A DNA stretch of 63,994 bases, the filler included, from Octopus bimaculoides (Eukaryota), in assembly GCF_001194135.2 (NCBI RefSeq). It is 5 parts of 5 records of this genome, joined end to end, with 100 filler letters (N's around TTAATTAATTAA, not from the genome) between each part and the next. Parts side by side here need not be neighbours in the genome. Positions count along the whole stretch, not along the records: positions 1 to 28,813 come from NC_068987.1; 4 more parts are not named here. One strand, given 5' to 3'. This document shows, piece after piece, positions 1 through 12,310 of this stretch. Every line of letters starts with the position of its first letter. Positions within the stretch are counted from its first letter, which is position 1. Both the position numbers and the translations under genes were made by a program. Under the pieces are notes generated by a model that did no database searches, was not told the DNA's origin, and was given only the letters and a program-made list of their open reading frames with translations.

Positions 1-211
1 AAAGAGAAGGAAAGAAAGAAGGAAGAAAGGAAGAAGAAGGAATTGTGTTTACATCTATACAGCTGGTTAGTTCAAAAAAGGAAGGAGGAAAATATGAAAA
101 CCAAGTTAACCAGGTTCAATTCCAGTTGGCACAAAAATGTCCCACTATCAGGGTTCCTTGCCTTTTTTAGGCTCTGTTGTTCCAAAGTTGAATAACAATT
201 AAGAATAACGA

Positions 212-1272
212 AATATTGGGATCTTTTTGGTTTGACGGGCAACATTTTTCATTTATGTTTTATGTAGTGTTTTTGGTACCGAAACACTTTCAAACTTCGT
301 ATACTTGTATATTTTGTGTTATAGAACAGATAAAAAATTTTGTATTCGAAGTTATTTCATGTTAAAAATTGTCTTATTTCGATAATTTCAACCAATCACT
401 GACGTCTATTCAGTTGAATATAGTTACTGTTGTAGCGGTGTATATGGTATTAATCCCTGTTAGTTCTGACATTTCTGATTAACTAGACTGTTCATAAACA
501 AAGGGGAAAAAGCCATCAAAATACTTGAATATTACCTGCACTTGTTATTGGAGCTGGCAGAATTATTAATGCACCTCCACCAAGTGCTTCATTTCCTAGA
601 AATAGCAGCCAAATCTTCTTCAAATCAAACTCTAGTTTAGGGTTAGGGTTCGGGTTTTAGAGTTAGGGTTAGGGTTGGGGTTAGGGTTAGGGTTATGGTT
701 ATGAGTTATAGGGTTTTAGGGTTAGGGTTAGGGTTATGAGTGAGGTTATGGCAAAAATAATCATAGCCCTAACCGTAACCCTAAAACTAACCCTAACTCT
801 AAAACCCGAACGCCAGTTCTTCTTCAAATCAAACTCTACCATCATTTAGAAAATGTGTTACTGAGTACTCGCGAAAAATTGTAACAAACACAGATATGCA
901 CAGCGTAATTTATTATATAAACAATATTTGCGTATAAATTACAATTTTTCTGTAATTTTGTCTGCTTCAAAAGAAAACAAACCAAAAAACCGGATGAAAT
1001 ATGTCACAGGGAATAACATTTTTATCACCGGCAAAAAATTATTGTTTACAAAAGAGCACTAACTGTATTCAGCTGAATAGACGTCAGTGATTGGTTGAAA
1101 TTACAGAAATACGACAACTTTAACATGAAATAACTTGCGATGTACAATTTTTTGTTAAGAAGGCTAAGAGAAAAAGTTGTTTTGTATGACATATTCTATC
1201 AGTGTCCCAAGTCTGAGAGTGTTTCATTAAGAAAACAAGTGTTGCCTGTCAAACCAAAAAGATCCAAATATT
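212..1272. mobile_element. Non-autonomous DNA element (MITE-like) with ~215-bp imperfect terminal inverted repeats
   Basis: Left end aatattgggatctttttggtttgacgggcaaca is the near reverse complement of right end tgttgcctgtcaaaccaaaaagatccaaatatt. Inner arm ends also match (caaccaatcactgacgtctattcagttgaatatagtta vs taactgtattcagctgaatagacgtcagtgattggttg). Arms are 212-426 and 1060-1272. Confidence 0.8.
635..817. repeat. Interstitial telomere-like repeat: degenerate (TTAGGG)n then inverted (CCCTAA)n, flanked by a 21-bp direct repeat
   Basis: TTAGGG/TTATGG variants at 635-750 and CCCTAA variants at 766-800. tcttcttcaaatcaaactcta occurs at 614-634 and 818-838. Confidence 0.85.
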
Positions 1273-2460
1273 GTGATGAATCAATGAGTGAGGTATCTAA
1301 ATATTAGTAAGTTCATTTTGTCATGGGCATGGACCAAAAATAAATATAAAATATAGCATTTCTGTAGTCATTTACCAATATAAATTGGCAAATAGTGCCA
1401 TTGTTTTAGATACTGAAATAACAAGTTCTAAAATAGTTTTGGATTCACTTTTAGGATCAAATCCATTATGGAATAAAAAAAAACAAATAAATATAATTAC
1501 AAAAATAGAGAAAGTATATGTAAAGGTATGAAAATACAAAGATAGTGAAGTATGTGAAAGGATAAAAATTGTTGGTGAAATATAAAAAAAACCTGGTTCT
1601 GCCATTTTTAAAGGCCAAGAATCAACTTGTTATCTTCTATTGAAAGAACTGACCAGCTGTAAACACAATTTTCTTTCTTCTCTCACTCTTCTTTTTTTGT
1701 TTCCTTTTCTTTCCCATTGACAATCCTTTCAGATACACAAGCACACATGCACACACACACACACAAAAACACACAAAAACACACACACAAAGACACACAC
1801 ACAAAAACACACACACACACTCTCTCTCTCACTTTCTCTCCATTCCTCACCCTTTTTTACTATCCTATATATCTCTCTCCACCCCTACACATTCAATAAT
1901 AGTGTAAAAAGAGACAAATCCTCTCAAGAAAAATTAAATCTGGAGAATCTACATATATATATGTGTGTGTGTGTGTGTATATGTGTCTGGCTACTACGTC
2001 CTTTCTTATCTTGGCTACTGCCAAGCTCGCACTAACTTTCTTCTTCTCTCTTCCTTTAAGTTCGTCACATCACAGCATTCCGTATACATATATATTTTTC
2101 TCATGTCTGGCCTTATAGCCCTTCTTGTTTATTTTCACTGTTTCATTTTCTTGTCGTGTTTTCTGTTCGCCACTATATTCCTATGCGTTACAAATTTAAT
2201 TTGTTTCTCCGGAATGAGCCATTCTAACAATGCGTCCTGCCCTCACTCTTCGAAACGCTTAGTTTTAGAATGGTGGCAGCTGATGAAGGAAATGTTCTCT
2301 ATGTGGCTTGTTTGTCTTCTGTGCTCTGTTTATGTTCTGTTTCTCATTTTGCCCATGTTTTCTTGTGACGTCCTGTACCCAGATATGCATCTATATATAC
2401 ATGTAGATGTAGGTATGTACATACATGTACGTATATATGCATATACTCATATATTATTTG

Positions 2461-2511
<51 letters not shown>

Positions 2512-2512
<1 letters not shown>

Positions 2513-3518
2513 GAAATGATATCAAAAGGTTTCCAGACTTATTTACCTAGTTTTAATATCATCCACTTTGAAATAGTCACCTTGCATAACAAGGTCCTTG
2601 ACTCACTTACAGTAAATGGTTTCCAGGCCAGATTCCAAAAGTGGCAGGAATGATGGGACCAGTGTATTGTTGTGCAAGGCGATTATTTCCCTAGTTTTAA
2701 CATCAACTCCTTTGAAATAGTTGCCTTTCACAACAATACACTGGTCCCAGCATTCTTGCCACTTTTGGAATCTGGCCTGGAAGCCGTTTTCCATAAGTGG
2801 GTCAAGGACCTTCTGTGATTCCTTTGGATCACGACAATGGTGACCTTTGAGCCACATTTTTATCTTGGGGTAGAGATGGAAGTCTGCAGGTGCTAAACCT
2901 AGTGAATATGGTGGGGGTGCAACAGTGATACCATGTTGTTTTGGCAAGAAACTCCCAAGTGTGGAGAGCTTGGTGACAGGGTGCATTGTTGTGAAGAACC
3001 AAGTTCTTAGCACTCCACAGATCCGGTCACTTTCACTAAATGTCCTCCCTCAAATGTTTCCAAACGTTGCAGTAGAACTCTCAATTGATGATCTGGCTAT
3101 GGGAGATGAATTCTTGATGCATAACACCACATTTCCAGGGGTGATGCTCATGGCAGGTCTTCCAGATTGCTCATCAGCTTCTAGGGATGTTCTTCCACTT
3201 TCGAAGTGCTTGTGCTACTCTAAACATTGCATATGACCCATTGCCTCATTGCCATAAGCTTGCCCAAGTATTCTCAATGTCTCTGCAGCAGACTTCCCAA
3301 GTCTAATGCAAAATTTCACTTTGGCTCTTTGTTCCTGTCTATGAAAAAATCACAAACTACAACATACACATGATCACAAAGACACAAATTTCACAGTGAT
3401 GACATTTGACACACTGCTTCATGAAAGTTACTGCTAGCTCTGACTGGGCATGCAACTGTGTGCTGCCATCTGTTGGCATGCTACAAAACTAGACAGGGAA
3501 TGTTTTGATACCAAGTTG
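2512..3518 (-). mobile_element. Degenerate Tc1/mariner element (transposase C-terminal remnant)
   Basis: ORF 2603-3013(-) contains PPYSLGLAPADFHLYPKIK (mariner YSPDLAP motif) and FQKWQECWDQCIVVKGNYFKG (mariner C-terminus). Imperfect TIRs tgaaatgatatcaaaaggtttcc / gggaatgttttgataccaagttg-TA. Confidence 0.85.
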
Positions 3519-3531
3519 TATATAAGCATAT

Positions 3532-4346
3532 ATGTATAAATATATATGGGCTGTAACTGCTGAAGACATACGTAAGCTCACAAGGAATGAAGCCAGTATG
3601 CTCCGTTGGATGTGTAATGTCAATGTGAATACCCGTCAGAGTGTAAGTATCTTGAGAGAAAAGCTGAACATTAGAAGCATCAGTTGTGGTGTGCAAGAGA
3701 GACGATTGCGCTGGTATGGACATGTGGTGAGAATGGATGAGGATAGCTGTGTGAAAAAGTGCCACACCCTAACAGTTGAGGGAACCTGTGGAAGATGTAG
3801 GCCCAGGAAGACCTGGGCTGAGGTGGTGAGGCAAGACCTTCGTACATTGGGCCTCACCGAGGCGATGACTACTGACCGAGACCTTTGGAAATGTGCTGTG
3901 CGTGAGAAGACCCGGCAAGCCANNNNNNNNNNNNNNNNNNNNNNNNNNNNNNNNNNNNNNNNNNNNNNNNNNNNNNNNNNNNNNNNNNNNNNNNNNNNNN
4001 NNNNNNNNNNNNNNNNNNNNNNNNNNNNNNNNNNNNNNNNNNNNNNNNNNNNNNNNNNNNNNNNNNNNNNNNNNNNNNNNNNNNNNNNNNNNNNNNNNNN
4101 NNNNNNNNNNNNNNNNNNNNNNNNNNACCATTTCGAGCGTAGCCGTTGCCAGTATCGCCTGACTGGCCTTCGTGCAAGTGACACGTAAAAGCACCTACTA
4201 CACTCTCTGAGTGGTTGGCGTTAGGAAGGGCATCCAGTTGTAGAAACTCTGCCAAATTTAGATTGGAGCCTGGTGTTGCCATCTGGTTTCACCAGTCCTC
4301 AGTCAAGTCGTCCAACCCATGCTAGCATGGAAAGCGAACGTTAAAC

Positions 4347-4382
<36 letters not shown>
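3532..4382 (+). mobile_element. 5'-truncated RTE-clade LINE: ORF2 C-terminus, 3' UTR and (GAT)n tail
   Basis: LRWYGHVVRMDEDSCVKKCHTLTVEGTCGRCRPRKTW matches RTE ORF2 ends. After the gap comes the 3' UTR ending ccaacccatgctagcatggaaagcgaacgttaaacgatgatgatg. Confidence 0.85.
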
Positions 4383-5649
4383 ATAAAGTTATATAAGTTA
4401 AAATTAAAGTTTAAATTTAAATTTAAAACTTAAACTTTGCATGATGGATATATCCCTAGTAGTATGCCAACAAAGCATGTTCACTGCCTATGGCTACCTG
4501 AAACTGCACACTGCCTATGGCTACCTGTAATTGTAATCCACAGTAATTGCACAATTGTTGCTGGATTACGTTAGGAATTCCTCAGTGCATGTTGAGTATA
4601 GTAGAAACAATGGATAGGGAAGATAGAGTATATTGGAAACTTTGATTATCACAATGCTCATTTTGATACATTCTGTATTGCTCCCTTTCAGGTGGGAAAC
4701 TATACAATGAATTATGGTGCATCCCACAGAGCAGAAGCATCTCATCAAGTGATATAACACAGTTTCTCATTATGCCAGTAATGTTTTGCTCTTAATCTTA
4801 ACTAGAGCATGTTGATAGTAGCCATATCTAAAATCTTACATTGCACATACATATATGGCATGCTTCTATATGCTCCTATCTACCAAATACATTCACAAGG
4901 CTTTGGTTGGTCTGAACCTACAGTAGAAGACACTTACCCAAGGTGCCACACTGTGGATCTGAACCGAGAACCATGTGGTTGGGAAGCAAGCTTCTTAGCA
5001 CACAGCCACATTTGCACCTTAAAAAATTGTGCTTGAACTCATCTGGTATCACAATTTTTTTAAGGCACAGATGGGTAAGAACCTTGCTTCCTCACAATAT
5101 TGTTCCAGTTTCAGTCCCCCTGCGTGACACCTTTGGCGAGTGTCTTCTAACCACAATAGTTTCAACGATGTTGATATACTTTTTAGAAGAGACCCTTAAA
5201 AACAAACAGTCCATCTGTTTATCTGCCAATCCTGATTGTGAGTGAATATGGAAGTAAATAAGCTATTGCGCTGTCTAGACTCATCTTAATTAACCTATCT
5301 AACTAGTCTTATCTTAGGATACATAATCATTGTTTATTTTGCATTTAAAAGTTAGTACAAGGGCTACTGTAAGTAATGCAAAAGGGCTTCTGTGAGCACA
5401 CTGGGCAAAATGCTTAGGGGTATTTTGTCTGTCTTTTCATTCAGAGTTCAAATTCTGCTGAGATTGGCTTTGCCTTTCATCCTATTGGGATCAGTTAAAA
5501 TAAGTACTAGTTGAACACCAGGGTTGATGTAATTGACTTACCCCTTCCCCTGGTAATGCTGGCCTTATTTGATTTTAATAGTTACCTGTATATTTCTTTT
5601 CCCAACTTATAAATCTTGTTTTTTTTTTATTTTTAATTATTCAAAGTTC

Positions 5650-5952
5650 GCAGGAGTGGCTGTGTGGTAAGTAACTTGCTTACCAACCACATGGTTCCGG
5701 GTTCATTCCCACTGCATGGCACCTTAGGCAAGTGTCTTCTACTATAGCCTCGGGCTGACCAAAGCCTTGTGAGTGGATTTGGTAGACGGAAACTGAAAGA
5801 AGCCCGTTGTATATATGTATATATGTGTGTGTGTGTGTGTGTGTGTTTGTGTCTGTGTTTGTCCCCCAACATCGCTTGACAACCGATGCTGGTGTGTTTA
5901 CGTCCCCGTAACTTAGCGGTTCGGCAAAAGAGACTGGTAGAATAAGTACTAG
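5650..5952 (+). mobile_element. SINE family A (tRNA-like head, CCTTGGGCAAG-type core, microsatellite spacer), cut by gap
   Basis: Head ggagtggctgtgtggtaagtaacttgcttaccaaccacatggttccgggttcattccc, near-identical to many other copies in the window. Confidence 0.85.
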
Positions 5953-6689
5953 NNNNNNNNNNNNNNNNNNNNNNNNNNNNNNNNNNNNNNNNNNNNNNNN
6001 NNNNNNNNNNNNNNNNNNNNNNNNNNNNNNNNNNNNNNNNNNNNNNNNNNNNNNNNNNNNNNNNNNNNNNNNNNNNNNNNNNNNNNNNNNNNNNNNNNNN
6101 NNNNNNNNNNNNNNNNNNNNNNNNNNNNNNNNNNNNNNNNNNNNNNNNNNNNNNNNNNNNNNNNNNNNNNNNNNNNNNNNNNNNNNNNNNNNNNNNNNNN
6201 NNNNNNNNNNNNNNNNNNNNNNNNNNNNNNNNNNNNNNNNNNNNNNNNNNNNNNNNNNNNNNNNNNNNNNNNNNNNNNNNNNNNNNNNNNNNNNNNNNNN
6301 NNNNNNNNNNNNNNNNNNNNNNNNNNNNNNNNNNNNNNNNNNNNNNNNNNNNNNNNNNNNNNNNNNNNNNNNNNNNNNNNNNNNNNNNNNNNNNNNNNNN
6401 NNNNNNNNNNNNNNNNNNNNNNNNNNNNNNNNNNNNNNNNNNNNNNNNNNNNNNNNNNNNNNNNNNNNNNNNNNNNNNNNNNNNNNNNNNNNNNNNNNNN
6501 NNNNNNNNNNNNNNNNNNNNNNNNNNNNNNNNNNNNNNNNNNNNNNNNNNNNNNNNNNNNNNNNNNNNNNNNNNNNNNNNNNNNNNNNNNNNNNNNNNNN
6601 NNNNNNNNNNNNNNNNNNNNNNNNNNNNNNNNNNNNNNNNNNNNNNNNNNNNNNNNNNNNNNNNNNNNNNNNNNNNNNNNNNNNNNNNC

Positions 6690-6960
6690 ATCACCACCAT
6701 CACCACCACCATCACCACCACCACCATTTAACATTTTTTTGCCCATGCTGGCATGGGTTGGATAGTGTAACCAGAGCTGACAAGCTGACGAGAAGACAGG
6801 GTGCTGCATCAGACTCCAGTCTGATTTAGCATAGATTCTACAGCTGGATGCCCTTCCTATCACCAACCATTTTACAGAGTCTGCTAGATGCTTCTACGTG
6901 GCACAGCACGGTTACTTTTATGTGGCATCGCATGTGCACTCTTACGAGTCACCACACAGG
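6690..6960 (-). mobile_element. RTE LINE 3' UTR fragment
   Basis: Diverged reverse complement of the 4127-4382 tail (ccatgctggcatgggttgg ... ctacagctggatgcccttcct). Confidence 0.7.
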
Positions 6961-7789
6961 TGATTTTATTTGTTGTCGCACGGGCACTTTGATGTGGCAC
7001 CACCACAAGTGCTTTACACCATCAGAAGGATGAGAAAATCTTGATCAATGGCATTGTGAGAAAGTATTGATAGAATGGTTTGAATTAAAAAATATCAACT
7101 TATATGTTAAAGCAGTAAAAGTACTGGTCTTGAGACACAAAATGATGATGAGATGAGCACTGGAAGGAAAAGGACTTTGTGTTCTTACTTCTTTAGTTCG
7201 TTTTAGTCATTACACAACTAAGGCTATGCTGGAGCAACTTCCCTATTGACAGAGAAGGAAATGGAGAAAGACCTGAAAGGTCAAATCTCAAATGAAATGG
7301 AGATGATATGAGGGTCAATCACAATAAGTGGTGGTATATTGTGCACAAGACCTATCCAACCCACTAGCATGGAAGGAAAATGGATTTTTAAACATTAAAG
7401 CATAGAACAAAATGTTTTGCAGTATTTGTTCTGGTTCTTTACAATGTAGGTTCAAATACCTTCTGGAGTCAACAAGGTACAAATAAAGTATCTGGGTCGA
7501 TGGCATTTACCAACTAACTTTTTTTTATATATATACCCAGGCCTATTCACCGTTCTTTTAGAAGTGGGTAGCCACAACAAGACACACATTAGGCCTTCTA
7601 TTCATTTCCCAGCTCAAAGAAGCGAGCCCCATTCTATGCTTGGGTCAAGGCGTAGAACGCAACCCCCAATATCAGCAGTGGGGCCCAACTGTATATGCTG
7701 GTTTACCCCCGCTGCTTCATGCTGATTCTGTACCCCTTTGAGCAGCATCAAATTCACTCATCCGTCCACAAACACTCTCCAAGCTTTCC

Positions 7790-8357
7790 TATCATTAATA
7801 AACTCTTTTACCTCTCTCACTCCAACACCTCTAACCACCAAAGCTTTCCTCATTCCATCCATCCACACAAACTGAGGTCAGCCTTTGGATCTGCTGCCTA
7901 CCTCTTCTGCCTTCATCACTCTCCTTACCATCATCTCATCCATCCTCTCCATTTGGCCAAACCACCTCAGCATTCGTCTATCCATTCTGGTTGTTAGATC
8001 TTCTCTCATTCCTGCTCGTCTTCGCACCTCCTCATTCCTCATCCTGTCCATCTGTGCCACACCAATCATAGCCCTCAGACATTTTATCTCAAACACACCC
8101 CATCACCTCCTTTCCACTTCATGTTTCCGCACCATATAACATTGTCGGCACAATTACATCACGCCCTCATACACACCTCCTTTCACTTTCATATTCAACC
8201 TTTTATCTCTCAGCATACTTTTCACAACTCCAAGTATCTTACACCCCTCCTCACTCTGTATCCAACTTCCTCAGTCACCACCACCCCATCTGTCATCACA
8301 TGTGATCCCAGATACTTAAAAACACTCACCTCCTCTAACATCTCACCATTTATACTC
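7790..8357 (-). mobile_element. RTE-clade LINE ORF2 3' fragment
   Basis: ORF 7878-8096: FEIKCLRAMIGVAQMDRMRNEEVRRRAG...LRWFGQMERM, typical of RTE ORF2 C-termini. Confidence 0.8.
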
Positions 8358-9160
8358 NNNNNNNNNNNNNNNNNNNNNNNNNNNNNNNNNNNNNNNNNNN
8401 NNNNNNNNNNNNNNNNNNNNNNNNNNNNNNNNNNNNNNNNNNNNNNNNNNNNNNNNNNNNNNNNNNNNNNNNNNNNNNNNNNNNNNNNNNNNNNNNNNNN
8501 NNNNNNNNNNNNNNNNNNNNNNNNNNNNNNNNNNNNNNNNNNNNNNNNNNNNNNNNNNNNNNNNNNNNNNNNNNNNNNNNNNNNNNNNNNNNNNNNNNNN
8601 NNNNNNNNNNNNNNNNNNNNNNNNNNNNNNNNNNNNNNNNNNNNNNNNNNNNNNNNNNNNNNNNNNNNNNNNNNNNNNNNNNNNNNNNNNNNNNNNNNNN
8701 NNNNNNNNNNNNNNNNNNNNNNNNNNNNNNNNNNNNNNNNNNNNNNNNNNNNNNNNNNNNNNNNNNNNNNNNNNNNNNNNNNNNNNNNNNNNNNNNNNNN
8801 NNNNNNNNNNNNNNNNNNNNNNNNNNNNNNNNNNNNNNNNNNNNNNNNNNNNNNNNNNNNNNNNNNNNNNNNNNNNNNNNNNNNNNNNNNNNNNNNNNNN
8901 NNNNNNNNNNNNNNNNNNNNNNNNNNNNNNNNNNNNNNNNNNNNNNNNNNNNNNNNNNNNNNNNNNNNNNNNNNNNNNNNNNNNNNNNNNNNNNNNNNNN
9001 NNNNNNNNNNNNNNNNNNNNNNNNNNNNNNNNNNNNNNNNNNNNNNNNNNNNNNNNNNNNNNNNNNNNNNNNNNNNNNNNNNNNNNNNNNNNNNNNNNNN
9101 NNNNNNNNNNNNCTATGGGTTAACTAGCAAACCCCTCTGCGACTTGGGTGGATGGTGGGG

Positions 9161-9396
9161 GAGTCGGTGAGCTGGCAGAATCGTTAGCACGCCGGGCGAA
9201 ATGCTTAGCGGTATTTCGTCTGCTGTTACATTCTAAGTTCAAATTTCGTCGAGGTCGACTTTGCCTTTCATCCTTTCGGGTCGATAAATTAAGTACCAGT
9301 TACGCACTAGGGTCGATGTCATCGACTTAATCCCTTTGTCTGTCCTTGTTTGTCCCCTCTATGTTTAGCCCCTTGTGGGCAATAAAGAAATAAGAA
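9161..9396 (+). mobile_element. SINE family B, full length, tail type 1
   Basis: A-box-like gagctggcagaatcg, B-box-like aagttcaaatttc, core gcctttcatcctttcgggtcgataaattaagtaccag, tail ccccttgtgggcaataaagaaataag. Confidence 0.9.
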
Positions 9397-9596
9397 TGCA
9401 GTTGCTGTATTCCCAACGTGGTGTAAGAGGTGACTAAAAGGGCTGGGAGTGAAGGGACTGGAAATCCATTCCTCCTAGTAATTTCATATTTCTAAAAAGA
9501 CATCAAGGTTAACCAACCAACTACCCAGTAATAATTACTAATTTAGATTTTTAAAGATGTTAACACGTGTTATTTATTATTATGTTTGCACATACT

Positions 9597-9778
9597 AAGG
9601 CAGTGAGTTGGCAGAATTGTTAGCATGCCAAGCAGAATGCTTAGCAGTATGTCATCTGACTTTACATTCTAAGTTCAAATGTCACCAGGTTCAACTTTGC
9701 CTTTCATCCTTTTGGGGTTGATCTAATTGACTAATCCCCCTCCTGCAAAATTTCAGGCCTTGTGCTTGTAGTAGAGAG
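9597..9778 (+). mobile_element. SINE family B, diverged, tail type 2
   Basis: Same head and core; tail ccccctcctgcaaaatttcaggccttgtgcttgtagtagag. Confidence 0.75.
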
Positions 9779-9834
9779 GATTATGTTAGCACTTATTATT
9801 AACACAGTTGCATAAAGAAGTGCTGATCACTTAA

Positions 9835-10190
9835 AGTGGGGAGAAGTTGTGGAAGAGAGAGCCCCAGGATGAAGTGTCGAAGGCCAATCTCAAAATGTTA
9901 AGCCTTATGAAAGAGATGACTGAGGGATCAAGATATATGGGGCATTACGGTACTCAAGAAGACCCACTTGCCACAGAAGAACTGAGATCATGAAACCAAG
10001 GGGCCATGTAAAAAGCATTGGTGTGTGTGCTGGTGTCACACAAAAAGCACTAGGGATGGCATCACATAAGAAACACCCAGTACACTCCATAAAGTGATTA
10101 TGGAACCTGGTGTGGCCTCTGGTGTTGCTGTCAAGCCATCCAACCCATGCCAGCATGGAAAACAGATATTGAATGTTGATGATATTAATG
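9835..10190 (+). mobile_element. Heavily decayed RTE LINE 3' end
   Basis: Ends in ccaacccatgccagcatggaaaacagatattgaatgttgatgat, matching the RTE tail at 4310-4382. Confidence 0.55.
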
Positions 10191-11404
10191 ATTAAAACAC
10201 ATTTACCAGACACAAAATGGTAAATCTGACAGGAGCCCAAATTGTCAGCTTGATAGAGTACCACCAAAGTTTGAGTACATGCAGACACGATAGTGGGATT
10301 AAAAGTTTACTTTACAACCTTATGATTCCCGGTTCAATCTTACAATATGGGATTGACCTGTGCATGTAAGGGAGGGGCATGTTTTCAATTGTTGCTCTTC
10401 TATCATTTCACAGGAGAAATTTGCTTTTCACATTGGTTATGTTTCCCTTGGTTAGGATGATACCAACATCTAACAATGTGCAATGATTCTGCTATGTAGC
10501 TAAGTACCATCTCTGACCAATATCCAAAGACTGATAAAACAATGAGTAATCAGTCCCAAAACAAAAAAAGTAAGTGAAATGGTGGGTGGATGGGTGGATG
10601 ACACAACAACAATATAAAATAAATAAAATGATTGTAACTTAATAAATATTAGGTAACTCGACCCTTTAGCATTCTGATTAATCATATTGCTTTGAATAAA
10701 TCACACATTGTCTCACAACATCAAGGGTTTGACGATGTGATGGTTACTTTTTAGAATGACATAGTAGGGTTGGTGTGAAAGGCCAGATCTGGCTGGTATG
10801 AACATACAGGCAAAATATTTGGGCCTGATGTGGCCAGTTTAAATGCTAAAAGATTAAAGTGTTATATCTTTAGCTAAGACTACTGATGATGAGATAATAA
10901 TAAATATAATTTAGTGACAATGTACAGAAGATTAATAGTAATTATGTTTTACCTCCTTACTGATGTATGTTTGTGTTCCTATGCCCTCACGCAAATCTTT
11001 TAAAAATTCTCCTTCATATAAACTACCATCCCTGAAAAGCTGTTTCCCTGTTTGATAAGAAAAAGTTAAAAATAAAAGGCAAATTATGAAAATAATTATT
11101 CAATAAGTCATTATTCAATCAGACAAATTATTCAATAAATCATTTACAATGAATTTCTAATGAAAAAATCATTGTTAAAAAGATGAAGGACTGCACAAAC
11201 TATCAGTCCATATTTTTACACAGTGTCATTAGAGGATACCAACCTATCTATTTATCTATCTGTTGATACACACACACACACANNNNNNNNNNNNNNNNNN
11301 NNNNNNNNNNNNNNNNNNNNNNNNNNNNNNNNNNNNNNNNNNNNNNNNNNNNNNNNNNNNNNNNNNNNNNNNNNNNNNNNNNNNNNNNNNNNNNNNNNNN
11401 NNNN

Positions 11405-11750
11405 CACACCTAGCTAACTTGGATCTCTTTTCATTTACAACCAACTCTCAAGCGCTGGACAGAAACATCATGGTCTTGTGTACTGTTTCTCCATTTATCT
11501 TCTTGATGGCTATGAAGCTAGTTATAAGGAGATCTAAGAAGCCACTTGGAAGGAATAAAGATTGGATACCAGGTACTACCACTTCTGGGAGCTTTCATGG
11601 ATGACATCACTGTCATAACGGAGATAAGAAAAGAAGCTAAAACTCCAGGTTAGTAACATTGGTTGCATACCAGCATCACATGAAGTCACAGTTAACCAAC
11701 AATGTGGTGTTACATTGAAGAATTTTGCCTTGAAGTTGGAGAAGAGCAGA
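11405..11750 (+). mobile_element. Degenerate reverse transcriptase fragment of an early-branching (RLE-type, NeSL/HERO-like) non-LTR element
   Basis: FTTNSQALDRNIMVLCTVSPFIFLMAMKLVI then, after a frameshift, VLPLLGAFMDDITVITE (the RT catalytic xMDD motif). Confidence 0.7.
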
Positions 11751-11857
11751 TTCTGGACAAAATCCTTTGTGGCATTTCATCCATCTTTACATTCTAAGTT
11801 TCAAACTCCACTGAGGTCGACTTTGCCTTTCATCTTTTGAGATCAATAGAATTTGAA

Positions 11858-11968
11858 ACCAATATTCTGTTCTATATTTGCAAAACCGCTATTTCAAAAT
11901 TTGAAATCAATATTCTGTTCTATATTTGCAAAACCGCTATTTCAAAATTTGAAACCAATATTCTGTTC
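11858..11968. repeat. Tandem duplication of a ~56-bp unit
   Basis: tttgaaaccaatattctgttctatatttgcaaaaccgctatttcaaaat repeated about 2.3 times. Confidence 0.85.
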
Positions 11969-11976
11969 TATATAAT

Positions 11977-12190
11977 GGCAGTGAGCTGACAGAATTGTTA
12001 GCATGCCTGGCAAAATGCTTAGTGATACTTTGTCTATCTTTACATCCTGAGTTCAAATTCTGCTGAGGTTGACTTTGCTGTTCATCCTTTTGGCATCGAT
12101 AAAATAAGTACCAGTTTAACCCAGGGGTCAATGTAATCAACTGATCCACTACCCTGAACTTGCTGGCCTTGTGCCAAAGTTTGAAACCAA
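11977..12190 (+). mobile_element. SINE family B, diverged, tail type 2
   Basis: ggcagtgagctgacagaattgttagcatgcc ... gagttcaaattctgctgaggttgactttgc ... ggccttgtgccaaagtttgaaacc. Confidence 0.75.
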
Positions 12191-12310
12191 TATTCATATT
12201 CATTGAAAGGTGATTGGTTTCAGAACAATTTCCTTGTTAACACTCACCTCTCTTACTTCATGTCATATTAATTCCAGGCTATACGAAAAAGTAATGTAGT
12301 TTATAGTTAC

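Noticed and set aside
1372-1605. 77-aa hydrophobic ORF (MAEPGFFY...)
   Set aside because: The hydrophobicity follows from a T-rich strand and no family motif is recognisable. A possible donor at 1376/1375 is not enough to call an exon.
2240-2300. GAAAC...CTGATGA resembling a permuted hammerhead
   Set aside because: Stems I and II do not pair convincingly.
4566-4850. Unique, coding-looking minus-strand ORFs as further MORN-gene exons
   Set aside because: No frame with both a good acceptor and a donor before a stop; no recognisable domain.
5633-6866. Long ORFs (>150 aa) in the supplied track here and at 8121, 22405, 27049, 30697, 38560, 48958 and similar
   Set aside because: Their length comes from N-runs translated as X or from dinucleotide repeats.
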